64,000 nucleotides of DNA from Candidatus Kaiserbacteria bacterium RIFCSPHIGHO2_02_FULL_49_34 (GTDB lineage Bacteria; Patescibacteriota; Minisyncoccia; Phycocordibacterales; UBA918): NCBI GenBank assembly GCA_001781205.1, contig MFLE01000014.1, positions 26,107 to 90,106 of the forward strand. The letters run 5' to 3'. The first letter of the stretch is position 1; each line of letters starts with the position of its first letter. The notes below the pieces were generated by a model. The model had not been told where the DNA came from. It searched no databases and was given only the letters and a program-made list of their open reading frames with translations. This document shows, in pieces, positions 27,144-35,553 of this stretch. Both the position numbers and the translations under genes were made by a program.

Positions 27144-29090
27144 TTATGCTTTCGTCGGATCTGCAATTTCTTCTTTCGGGTAGGCGTTTTTGATTTCTAC
27201 GCCTTCTTTTTTGAGGATTGCTTCGTAGTCGTCGCGTTCGAGGGTTTCTACTTCGAGGAGACGTTTTGCTACTGCGTCGAGGGCTTTGCGGTGCTCTATG
27301 AGCGCCGCTCGGGCACGGTCTTCGGCTTCGCGCATAATACGTGAGACTTCTTCGTCGATTTCGCGTGCTTTCTCAGTTGAGTAGCCACGGTCTTCGGAGA
27401 GTCCACCGCCGATAAGGCGTCCGCCTGTTCCTTCAAGGGCTACAGGGCCAAACTTTTCGGACATACCGAAGCGAACCACCATATCGCGTGCGAGGTTGGT
27501 TGCAACCTGCAAGTCATTTGACGGGCCTGTCGTGAGGTCGTCGAAAATCATGAGCTCAGCAACATAGCCACCGAGTGACATCGCAATGTCATCAAGGAAT
27601 TCCTTGCGCGACTGCATCTTGCGGTCAGTGTCGGGGAGCTTCAAAGTGTAGCCTGCTGCACGTCCACGAGAAATGATGGAAATCTTCTGCACGGGGTCAG
27701 CATATGGAAGTACTGATGCAACGAGTGCGTGCCCTGCTTCGTGGTACGCAGTGATTTCTCGCTCTTCTTTCGTAAGCAAATGACTCTTGCGTTCAGGACC
27801 GAGCATGACTTTTTCAATCGAGCGAATAGCGTCGAACTGTGCAACTTCTTTGCGTCCTTCGCGTGCGGCAAGGATTGCTGCTTCGTTCATAAGTGACGCA
27901 AGGTCAGCACCTGAGAATCCTGGCGTACGCTGCGCAACAATTTCAAGGTTCACATCAGCCGTGAGCGGCTTCTTGCGTGCATGGATTTTAAGGATTTCAA
28001 GACGGTCGTCGCGGTCAGGAAGGTCGATCGTCACACGACGGTCGAAGCGTCCTGGACGCATGAGCGCCGTATCAATAACGTCAGGACGGTTGGTTGCGGC
28101 GATAACAATGAGTTTTTCTGTTGGTTCAAAGCCGTCCATTTCGGTAAGGATTTGGTTGAGAGTTTGCTCACGCTCGTCGTTGCCACCACCCATACCACTG
28201 CCGCGTGAGCGACCAACGGCGTCAATTTCATCGATAAAGATAATCGCAGGCGACATCTTCTTAGCGGTCTGGAAGAGGTCACGTACGCGTGATGCACCAA
28301 CACCCACAAACATCTCAACGAATTCAGAACCAGAAATTGAGAAGAACGGCACATTTGCCTCGCCAGCGATTGCGCGCGCAAGGAGTGTCTTTCCGGTACC
28401 TGGTGACCCCATCATCATGACACCCTTTGGTACTGCTGCACCGATATCGGTAAATTTCTTTGGATTCTTGAGGAAGTCAACGATTTCCTCAAGTTCGATT
28501 TTTGCTTCTTTGGCACCCGCAACGTCCTTGAACGTTACTTTCTGCTGTTCATCATCGGGATGAATCATGCGTGCTTTTGATGAGCCGAAACTGAGTGCCT
28601 GCGTACCCATTCCCCGCATTGAGCGTGAGAAGAAGAATACGATAAAGCCAAGGAGGAGGAATGGGAACAAGAATGGCGAGAATACACCGAGCCAATACGC
28701 AAAGCCTGTCTCTTCTTTGACCTCAAGGGCAATTGCACGGAGCTCTTCGGATGTTACGCCAAGATTAACGAGGGTTTCGGTAATCGGCGTTGCGTAGCCT
28801 TCCTTCTTTGCAATACCTATGAGACGTTTTTCGTCTTTGTGATACACCTCAACCTTATCTCCGCGCACGATAAGCCCCTTAACATCACCGGCATGAATTG
28901 CTTCGGCAACTTTTGTTAAGGTTGTTTCTTCGGTTTCTTTTTTATCGGTATTGTATCCGTACAAAAGAGTAAACATCATCAGCGAAAGTACGCCGACAGT
29001 GAGAATATTCCAAAGACTTTGCTCTCGCTGCTTCTTCTTTTTTGCTGGCGACATCTTCTTATTTGATGTGCCCTTTTTTTCTGTTGCCAT
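27144..29090 (-). CDS. ftsH: ATP-dependent zinc metalloprotease FtsH
   Basis: Walker [14 protein letters not shown]; SRH; HEAGHAL zinc motif. Start set at MATEKK (29090) with TATACT upstream. The track ORF runs to 29276. Confidence 0.9.
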   Translation of the reverse strand: MATEKKGTSNKKMSPAKKKKQREQSLWNILTVGVLSLMMFTLLYGYNTDKKETEETTLTKVAEAIHAGDVKGLIVRGDKVEVYHKDEKRLIGIAKKEGYATPITETLVNLGVTSEELRAIALEVKEETGFAYWLGVFSPFLFPFLLLGFIVFFFSRSMRGMGTQALSFGSSKARMIHPDDEQQKVTFKDVAGAKEAKIELEEIVDFLKNPKKFTDIGAAVPKGVMMMGSPGTGKTLLARAIAGEANVPFFSISGSEFVEMFVGVGASRVRDLFQTAKKMSPAIIFIDEIDAVGRSRGSGMGGGNDEREQTLNQILTEMDGFEPTEKLIVIAATNRPDVIDTALMRPGRFDRRVTIDLPDRDDRLEILKIHARKKPLTADVNLEIVAQRTPGFSGADLASLMNEAAILAAREGRKEVAQFDAIRSIEKVMLGPERKSHLLTKEEREITAYHEAGHALVASVLPYADPVQKISIISRGRAAGYTLKLPDTDRKMQSRKEFLDDIAMSLGGYVAELMIFDDLTTGPSNDLQVATNLARDMVVRFGMSEKFGPVALEGTGGRLIGGGLSEDRGYSTEKAREIDEEVSRIMREAEDRARAALIEHRKALDAVAKRLLEVETLERDDYEAILKKEGVEIKNAYPKEEIADPTKA

Positions 29091-29162
29091 AGTATGTGCA
29101 GTATACGAAAACAAGGGCGAATGTCCATAGCCAAGGGTGCAGACGTATGCTATATATAGTGC

Positions 29163-29600
29163 ATGTCTACTCTCGTAACCAGTCCGCGTGCGCGGTATGA
29201 TTTTGAGATTCTTGAAACGCTCACCGCGGGGGTTTCTTTGTTGGGTACGGAAGTTGCATCGCTCAAGAAAAACCAAGGAAAGCTCATTGGTTCGTATGTG
29301 AAGCTTATCAAAGGCGTACCAATGCTACTTGGTGCATATATTCCGCCATTCCAGGTTGCGAACGCACCAAAAGACTACTCCCCCACTCGCGACCGAGCGC
29401 TACTTCTCAATAAAAAAGAAATCGCGAAGCTCGAACGCGAACTCCACGAAAAAAACCTCACTCTCATCCCGCTCCGCTTCTTCCGCGGCGGCCCCCACAT
29501 CAAACTAGAAATCGCCCTTGCAAAAGGCAAAAAGAAATTCGACAAACGCGAAACCATCAAAAAGCGCGACATCTCCCGTGATATTGCTCGTAAAATTTAG
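29163..29600 (+). CDS. smpB: SsrA-binding protein SmpB
   Basis: ARYDFEILETLTAGVSLLGTEV...IPLRFF...GKKKFDKRE. Confidence 0.9.
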   Translation: MSTLVTSPRARYDFEILETLTAGVSLLGTEVASLKKNQGKLIGSYVKLIKGVPMLLGAYIPPFQVANAPKDYSPTRDRALLLNKKEIAKLERELHEKNLTLIPLRFFRGGPHIKLEIALAKGKKKFDKRETIKKRDISRDIARKI

Positions 29601-29645
29601 ATGGCTCGCGCCTCCTATTACAACCATCTTCCAAAAATAAATAAG

Positions 29646-29678
29646 CGTCAGAACAGTATGTCGTTCTGACGCTTTACT
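29646..29678. terminator. Bidirectional terminator
   Basis: gcgtcagaac-agtatgtc-gttctgacgc flanked by A- and T-rich runs. Confidence 0.6.
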
Positions 29679-29695
29679 TTTACTTGCAGGGAGTA

Positions 29696-30025
29696 TCATT
29701 GCGATAGTACCCTCCTTACCTGGGGAAACATGATAAGGTATGTGTGAAGCATCCCAAGATGCCACCACATCTGTCCTGCGAACATCTTTCCCGGCAACGT
29801 ATCTTGCCCGAACATATCGAGGATATCTCCGTACATATAGTCGAGCCATGGCAGAAGTGTGAGTAGGATACGGAAATCCTCTCCGTAGTGCTCTCCTTCA
29901 TCAGAAACATATTCAAGAAAAAACTGTGTGAATTCACTTTCCGTCGGCTCCCTGCCATGTATCACCATGAAAGAAACCTTGGCCACATCAGCCTGCGCAA
30001 TATTCCTCCTTAAAAAACTATCCAT
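29696..30025 (-). CDS. Hypothetical protein (109 aa)
   Basis: ATG is preceded by aaaggag; no recognisable family. Confidence 0.45.
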   Translation of the reverse strand: MDSFLRRNIAQADVAKVSFMVIHGREPTESEFTQFFLEYVSDEGEHYGEDFRILLTLLPWLDYMYGDILDMFGQDTLPGKMFAGQMWWHLGMLHTYLIMFPQVRRVLSQ

Positions 30026-30114
30026 CTCTTGTCTCCTTTCGTTATACTAGGTTACTCGAGGGTCAAAAAATCTTACACCTTTGCCGTACAATACACAACT
30101 ATACACAGCGACAA

Positions 30115-31083
30115 CTACAAGACTTGCTGAAGGACCAATACTGCAACATAGCCAAAGTACATGCCGAGGAAGATGAGTCCCTGCCAGTGCTTGAGCATGT
30201 CGCGCTTCCCGAGGAACATGAAAAGGAAGAGGAGGATGCTTGCAACAAGAGCGACAAGGAGGTCGCGGGTGAACATTGCTGCAAATGGGAGCGGCGTTAC
30301 GATTGCGCTCACACCGAGGATCCAGAAAATATTGAATATGTTGGAGCCGACGATATTGCCGATGGCAATGTCGCTGTGGCGCTTCATTGTTGCAATGACC
30401 GAGGTCACAAGTTCTGGCAGTGACGTACCAATAGCGACAATCGTGAGACCGATGATTGATTGCGGAACATTGAGTGCTATTGCGAGAATAATGGCGTTAT
30501 CGACCGCAAGCTTACCACCAAAACCAAGGAGTGCGGCACCAAAAAGTATTGCGACGGCTGCTTTTCCTCCGGTATACTTTTGTTCTACATCTTCGCCGAC
30601 AGCATCATCCTTACGTGCGCGACGGCTGAGTTCAAAGATGTAGTAGAGGAAAATGCTAAAGAAACAAAGCAGTGCTAATCCATCAGAGCGACTAATCATT
30701 GATACACCACCATCGAAGAACGCATCATTCGCTAAGAACCCCAACGCAATCGTCGCAAGTATTGCAAGCGGAATTTCTTTGCTGACTGTACCCTTTGAAA
30801 CGGAGAGTGGATAGATTGCCGAACAAATACCGAGCACAAGGAGGATGTTAGTAATGTTTGAGCCAAGGATGTTTCCAATTGCCAAGTCTGTGCTACCACC
30901 CCCTGCCGCAAACAGGTTCACCACAAGCTCTGGAAGCGAGGTACCAATCGAAACAAGAGTAAGTCCAATTACAATCGGCGGAATACGCCAAATCCGCGCA
31001 ATGCTTACTGATCCATCAACAAAAAGTCCGCCACCTTTCACAAGCAAAGCTAGCCCAACACAGAGTAATATAAAAGAAATCAT
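30115..31083 (-). CDS. Na+/Ca2+ exchanger (CaCA/YrbG family)
   Basis: Two alpha-repeat motifs GTSLPELVV...GNILGSNITNILLVLG and GTSLPELVTS...GNIVGSNIFNIF. Confidence 0.8.
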   Translation of the reverse strand: MISFILLCVGLALLVKGGGLFVDGSVSIARIWRIPPIVIGLTLVSIGTSLPELVVNLFAAGGGSTDLAIGNILGSNITNILLVLGICSAIYPLSVSKGTVSKEIPLAILATIALGFLANDAFFDGGVSMISRSDGLALLCFFSIFLYYIFELSRRARKDDAVGEDVEQKYTGGKAAVAILFGAALLGFGGKLAVDNAIILAIALNVPQSIIGLTIVAIGTSLPELVTSVIATMKRHSDIAIGNIVGSNIFNIFWILGVSAIVTPLPFAAMFTRDLLVALVASILLFLFMFLGKRDMLKHWQGLIFLGMYFGYVAVLVLQQVL

Positions 31084-31165
31084 GACGGGCAGTATAGCAT
31101 GGCGGCACCTATATATTCACTAGACAATTCGCAAAACACCCCCACTGAAAAATCCTTGACAATAT

Positions 31166-31191
31166 TTTATTTTGTGGGACAATGCGGGCAC
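31166..31191 (+). promoter_or_regulatory. Putative ssrA promoter
   Basis: TTGACA (31166-31171), 16 nt, GACAAT, ~8 nt to the mature 5' GGGG. Confidence 0.4.
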
Positions 31192-31591
31192 GGGGATGAC
31201 AGGCTTTGACGGTTACGGTCCGTGCGAATGGCGCGTGTCGAAGATGGTGTTGTGCTTCGTAAAAACACACCAACCCTTAATTGCAAAAGCAATCAAGAGT
31301 CCTTACGCTCCAGCGTACGGATACGCATACGCTGCATAGGTTGAGCCGTTAGGCTCCCTCGCACGTTGCGCGTTACGCTTCGTTCGTCATATCTCGAAGC
31401 AGTGGCGTTATATCGATATGACTCGGCAGGAGCACGGCGTTCTACGCGCTCCACTTAAAAAGCAAGAACTGCACTTCGCCTTCTCGTTCACTCTCTCGAA
31501 AGCGAAGTTAAGCCCCAAGAGTGTCCTACACACGTAGACACCCTCGCACACCATAATTCGGACGAGAGTTCAATTCTCTCCATCTCCACCA
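31192..31591 (+). ncRNA. ssrA: tmRNA (SsrA)
   Basis: 5' GGGGATG pairs with 3' CATCTCC-ACCA (the G3:U wobble alanine identity element is present); T-arm-like gagagttcaattctctc. Internal tag reading frame ...SPYAPAYGYAYAA followed by TAG (ending near 31347). smpB lies 1.6 kb upstream. Confidence 0.8.
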
Positions 31592-31592
31592 T

Positions 31593-31618
31593 AAAAAGCG
31601 CCTTACCAAAGGCGTTTT
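31593..31618. terminator. Bidirectional terminator shared by ssrA and ackA
   Basis: aaaaagcgccttaccaaaggcgttttttt. Confidence 0.75.
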
Positions 31619-31632
31619 TTTGTAACTATGTC

Positions 31633-32760
31633 CTACGCGTGTGACTGCCACGCATCGAGCATTGCTTCGTATTCGTTGATGTGGACGATGGCGATTTTTG
31701 TTTTGCTTGTTGCGGTGTTTAGAAGCGTATCGTTTTGATTGTCGGCGTGTGCTGTGTTTTTTTCTGTGTCGAGTTCGATGCCGATGCCTGCAAGCGGCGA
31801 AAGTATGCGCTCGCGCATTATTGTTGAACGTTCAGATACAGTGCCAGAAAATATGATGAGGTCAGCGCCACCGAGTGTAGCGAGTGCTCCGCCGATATAG
31901 TGGCGGACGCGGTACGCGTAGGCGTCGAGAGCTTCTTTTGCTTCTAGGCTGCCGTTCTCTTCGAGCGTTATGAGTGTGCGAATGTCGTCAGAACCTCCAA
32001 TTCCTTTGAGTCCTGATTCGGTATTGAGGTACGAACGCATAGATGCAGGCGTCATCCCCTTCGCTTCCATGAGGGCGAGCACGGCACCAGGATCAATAGC
32101 ACCAACGCGTGTTGCCATAATAAGCCCGTCGAGTGGCGTTGTTCCCATTGAGGTATCTACAGACGTTCCGTCACGCACAGCAGTCACACTTCCGCCGCCG
32201 CCGAGGTGACACACAATTACTCGTGAAGGGAGCGTGCCGCAAAGCAAAGTTCCCCGCGAGAGCGCAGATGAGATTGCTAATCCGTGGTAGCCAAACTTAC
32301 GAATATCATAGGTCTCAGCATCGCTGCGCGGAATTGCATAGCGTGCAATATATTCAGGAATCGTTGCATGAAAGGCGGTGTCGGATATGCCGATGAACTC
32401 TGCATCGGGAAGTATACTTTGCAGACGCGTCAATTCTTCGTGTTGTGCGTGCACATGCAGTGGCGCAACACGCTCTGCCTCCGTCAGCTTCATAATATAT
32501 TCGTCATCAATCACCCGATGCGTTTGAAAATAACGCCCCGATGCAACAATGCGCATGAGCACCGTATCAATAGAAGCCGCATGCACGCCTTCCTTTTCGA
32601 GCGACTCGATAAAAACATGATGCGCACGGTCATACTCCTGCGCAGGAAGCTCACTCGCCTCATAATGCGCCACGGTACGTACACGAAACACGCCAGCATC
32701 ATCTTTCTCCGCAAGCGCATATTTCTTTGACGCGCTCCCAATATTTGCAAGAAGTATCAT
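31633..32760 (-). CDS. ackA: Acetate kinase
   Basis: ASKHA motifs FGYHGLA, VCHLGGGGS, DTSMGTTPLDG, IIFSGTVSE. Confidence 0.8.
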   Translation of the reverse strand: MILLANIGSASKKYALAEKDDAGVFRVRTVAHYEASELPAQEYDRAHHVFIESLEKEGVHAASIDTVLMRIVASGRYFQTHRVIDDEYIMKLTEAERVAPLHVHAQHEELTRLQSILPDAEFIGISDTAFHATIPEYIARYAIPRSDAETYDIRKFGYHGLAISSALSRGTLLCGTLPSRVIVCHLGGGGSVTAVRDGTSVDTSMGTTPLDGLIMATRVGAIDPGAVLALMEAKGMTPASMRSYLNTESGLKGIGGSDDIRTLITLEENGSLEAKEALDAYAYRVRHYIGGALATLGGADLIIFSGTVSERSTIMRERILSPLAGIGIELDTEKNTAHADNQNDTLLNTATSKTKIAIVHINEYEAMLDAWQSHA

Positions 32761-32856
32761 GACACCATACTACCATTCTTTTTGGTAAGAACGGTAGTTG
32801 ACTTTCATGTGTTGTGCTATGCTTATCAACATATGTTACATACAAAAGCAAAAGGT

Positions 32857-33246
32857 ATGCTTGATGAATTCAAAGCATTCGCCATGAAGGGCGACGTTGT
32901 TGACCTTGCGGTGGCAGTTGTTATTGGTGGTGCGTTTGGGAAGATCGTCTCGTCACTCGCAAGCGACATTATCATGCCTGCAGTTGGTGTACTGGCAGGT
33001 GGTATAAACTTTACGGAGTTACGCTTGACCGTTGGCGCAGCAGAAATAAAATACGGCATCTTCATCCAGTCAATCATTGATTTTACCATCATTGCCTTTG
33101 CGCTCTTCTTTGCCATTAAGATACTTGCGCGCCTTAAGAAAAAAGAGGCAGTAGTACCTATGTCTGATACGGTGGCTGAAATTAAGGAGGAGGTACGTGA
33201 GGAAGTATTGCTTCTTCGAGAAATTCGCGATACTCTCCAGAAATAA
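32857..33246 (+). CDS. mscL: Large-conductance mechanosensitive channel
   Basis: MLDEFKAFAMKGDVVDLAVAVVIGGAFGKIVSSLASDIIMP... The track ORF starts at 32782. Confidence 0.85.
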   Translation: MLDEFKAFAMKGDVVDLAVAVVIGGAFGKIVSSLASDIIMPAVGVLAGGINFTELRLTVGAAEIKYGIFIQSIIDFTIIAFALFFAIKILARLKKKEAVVPMSDTVAEIKEEVREEVLLLREIRDTLQK

Positions 33247-33269
33247 CCGCAACGTTGACATTTCTTAGA

Positions 33270-33298
33270 AACAAAAACAGGAAAAATTCCTGTTTTTT
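33270..33298. terminator. Bidirectional terminator
   Basis: aaaaacaggaaaaattcctgttttttct. Confidence 0.7.
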
Positions 33299-33328
33299 CT
33301 CTATAGCATAATGACTATGTCCGCACAC

Positions 33329-34033
33329 CTATTCCTCCGAGTTATCTACACAGAGATTATTGATGTGCTCTATAAATATTTTGAAGGATGGAGATTTGCT
33401 ACATGCCAATTCTATGTTGATCTGACCGCCAAATAGCTGCCCTTGTCCTATTCTTTGTCCACAATATTCTGCTGTCAGAATTTCATCAAGGACACCTTTC
33501 GGATCTGGGATCTCGTCAGTATCTTGAAGTGCTCTTAAGCGTGTTAATTCAACATCTTTTGAAGCATCAAAACAATCCTCTTCAAATGTTGAACCTGCGA
33601 GAAACCATGATTCCACTTCTTGTTTTGCTATATGCACAGATTGGTTGATGTCGGCAAATGCGCTATTACATGCGTTTAGAAATGCTTGTTTTCTTTTTTC
33701 AATATCTCCCTCTGAAAGTGAGTCGCGGTCTGAGATAAGAATAACCTCTGCCTGATGGCTAGCAAGACCATACATGCTTATCTTTGAGTTCAAGAGTAGT
33801 CGCGCCTTTCTATATATTCTGGATTTCTCCATCTCGTTCCAGCCACCAGAACTATTACTTCCTGGATGTCCAATTACTGCATAGGAATCTGACGATGTAC
33901 TTTTAATTAAGAAATACTCATTCTTACTACCTGCATCAGTAAATCCGTAATGAGAAATGAGTAATGACTTAACAAATTCTCTCGTTGTTGCATCTTCCAG
34001 AATAAACAGTATGACTATTGGATTTTTTATCAT
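33329..34033 (-). CDS. Stand-alone TOPRIM-like nuclease partner of the upstream OLD-family ATPase (RloB/DUF4435/DUF4276-like); defence-system component
   Basis: N-terminal IVILFILEDATTREFV (TOPRIM Glu motif) and central VILISDRDSLSEGD (DxD motif). AT-rich codon usage; 5 nt downstream of the ATPase gene. Confidence 0.55.
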   Translation of the reverse strand: MIKNPIVILFILEDATTREFVKSLLISHYGFTDAGSKNEYFLIKSTSSDSYAVIGHPGSNSSGGWNEMEKSRIYRKARLLLNSKISMYGLASHQAEVILISDRDSLSEGDIEKRKQAFLNACNSAFADINQSVHIAKQEVESWFLAGSTFEEDCFDASKDVELTRLRALQDTDEIPDPKGVLDEILTAEYCGQRIGQGQLFGGQINIELACSKSPSFKIFIEHINNLCVDNSEE

Positions 34034-34038
34034 ACTGA

Positions 34039-35412
34039 TTATTTCTTATTTGTAGCATCTGTAGGAAATATGTCATCCAACGTGCCATCACTAAATAATT
34101 CAGAATTACGCATCTCTTCTAACCAGCTCGTATCTCCAGGAATTTTTGAGATAATATCTGCATACGTATACATATTTGAATTACAGCTCTCTCGCTTGCC
34201 GTTTACAAAATGTGTATCTTTAAGCCAAAACAATTCATCACGAGTAAACCTATCTATAAAATGCGGCGAATGCGTTGTGATAAAAATCTGTACTTTGGAC
34301 GCTATGCCACGCAACACCTCTACGTACTTTTCAGTAAGTGATGGATGAATTATTGATTCAACTTCATCAAAAAGCATCACGCTCGGCATTCTATAGCTCC
34401 TTGCAGAGGTATCTAAAAAAATCCAATTTTTAAGGGTTATGAAATAGAGGAGCACTACCGTACCTGCAGAAAGAGTTGCTATGCTCTTCGGCGATGCTGG
34501 TGACTCTATGAGAACTGTGCCTTTCGTGGGGAAGGAGCCCGATGTTGCAATTTCAACTTTTGTAAGAATATTTTCGGTATAAAGTGACAAATCGGAACAA
34601 TAACGCGCAAATGCTTTCTTGTCTCTCTGAATATCAGCGAGAAGATGTATAAACTTTGCTTTACTAAAACTAGATACAGACCAATCCTGTTCTTGTTTAT
34701 TTATTCTCTGCACAACCTGCTCTTGCTCTTCCTCTCCATATTTTTCAGTGACATAATTAAATATTTTGTTCGAACTAAATTCGTTATCGTTATCATCTAC
34801 CCAATTTGTATGGATTCTTTCACTGCATTCTTTATATATATCCATCAAAAACGGATTTCTAATCTCCTTCTCAGTCTCGCGAAGCTCATCTGCATTCTCT
34901 ATATTTTTCTTGAATTCACGCTGATACACCAACTCATTACTCACATTGAGTGCACTTTCTCTCATTTGCGAGACAATACCACTTCTTCTAGTCACTTCAT
35001 TAAAATCAGACTGATCGACTTCTTTCGTAGATTTTTTTCCACTATAGAAAAGTTCATATTTCTTTGAAGATCCTGTTTTTTCTATGGAATTAATAAATAT
35101 GAAGTCAGATATTGACATATGATCTAACTTAATTTTTGCGCTCTCCTCTATGCGATAATATGTTCTGGCTTCGCCTATATTACTCAATGTAATTTTAAAA
35201 TCAGTCTTCTTTTTTCCTGGACCATATGTCACAATATTATCGAAAAAGACATCAGTAAAATCATTACGGACCTCAGCTATATGTGAAAGCGCTTTAAGAA
35301 AGTTAGTTTTTCCGCTAGAATTTCTTCCTGTTATTATATTTATTGGACCAAACTCGCTTTCCACATTAAGCAAATTCCTAAAGTTCCTTATTTCAATATT
35401 TTTGATTTTCAT
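34039..35412 (-). CDS. OLD-family / AAA_15-AAA_21-type ABC ATPase (AriA/AbiLi-like); defence-system component
   Basis: MKIKNIEIRNFRNL...Walker A GRNSSGKTN; ABC signature-like LSAGTVVLLYF; Walker B VMLFDEVESIIHP; H-loop ITTHSP. About 30% GC. Start set to ATG 35412; the track ORF runs to 35472. Confidence 0.7.
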   Translation of the reverse strand: MKIKNIEIRNFRNLLNVESEFGPINIITGRNSSGKTNFLKALSHIAEVRNDFTDVFFDNIVTYGPGKKKTDFKITLSNIGEARTYYRIEESAKIKLDHMSISDFIFINSIEKTGSSKKYELFYSGKKSTKEVDQSDFNEVTRRSGIVSQMRESALNVSNELVYQREFKKNIENADELRETEKEIRNPFLMDIYKECSERIHTNWVDDNDNEFSSNKIFNYVTEKYGEEEQEQVVQRINKQEQDWSVSSFSKAKFIHLLADIQRDKKAFARYCSDLSLYTENILTKVEIATSGSFPTKGTVLIESPASPKSIATLSAGTVVLLYFITLKNWIFLDTSARSYRMPSVMLFDEVESIIHPSLTEKYVEVLRGIASKVQIFITTHSPHFIDRFTRDELFWLKDTHFVNGKRESCNSNMYTYADIISKIPGDTSWLEEMRNSELFSDGTLDDIFPTDATNKK

Positions 35413-35553
35413 AAATTTGAGCAGACCTATGTTTATATGTATAAAATGTACTCCTATATGTAGAAAAGTCAAGTTAAATATCCATATATCAATATTATCA
35501 TTCAGAAATCTTCGTTAAACCGCTGACATGCAGCGTTTTTTGTGGCTCTTCTA

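Noticed and set aside
35517-35543. Plus-strand hairpin cgctgacatgcagcg plus TTTTTT just downstream of the xfp stop, as a terminator
   Set aside because: The T-run is on the plus strand, where no upstream plus-strand gene exists (the neighbours are minus-strand genes). On the minus strand the hairpin is not followed by a U-tract. Its function is ambiguous, so it is not called.
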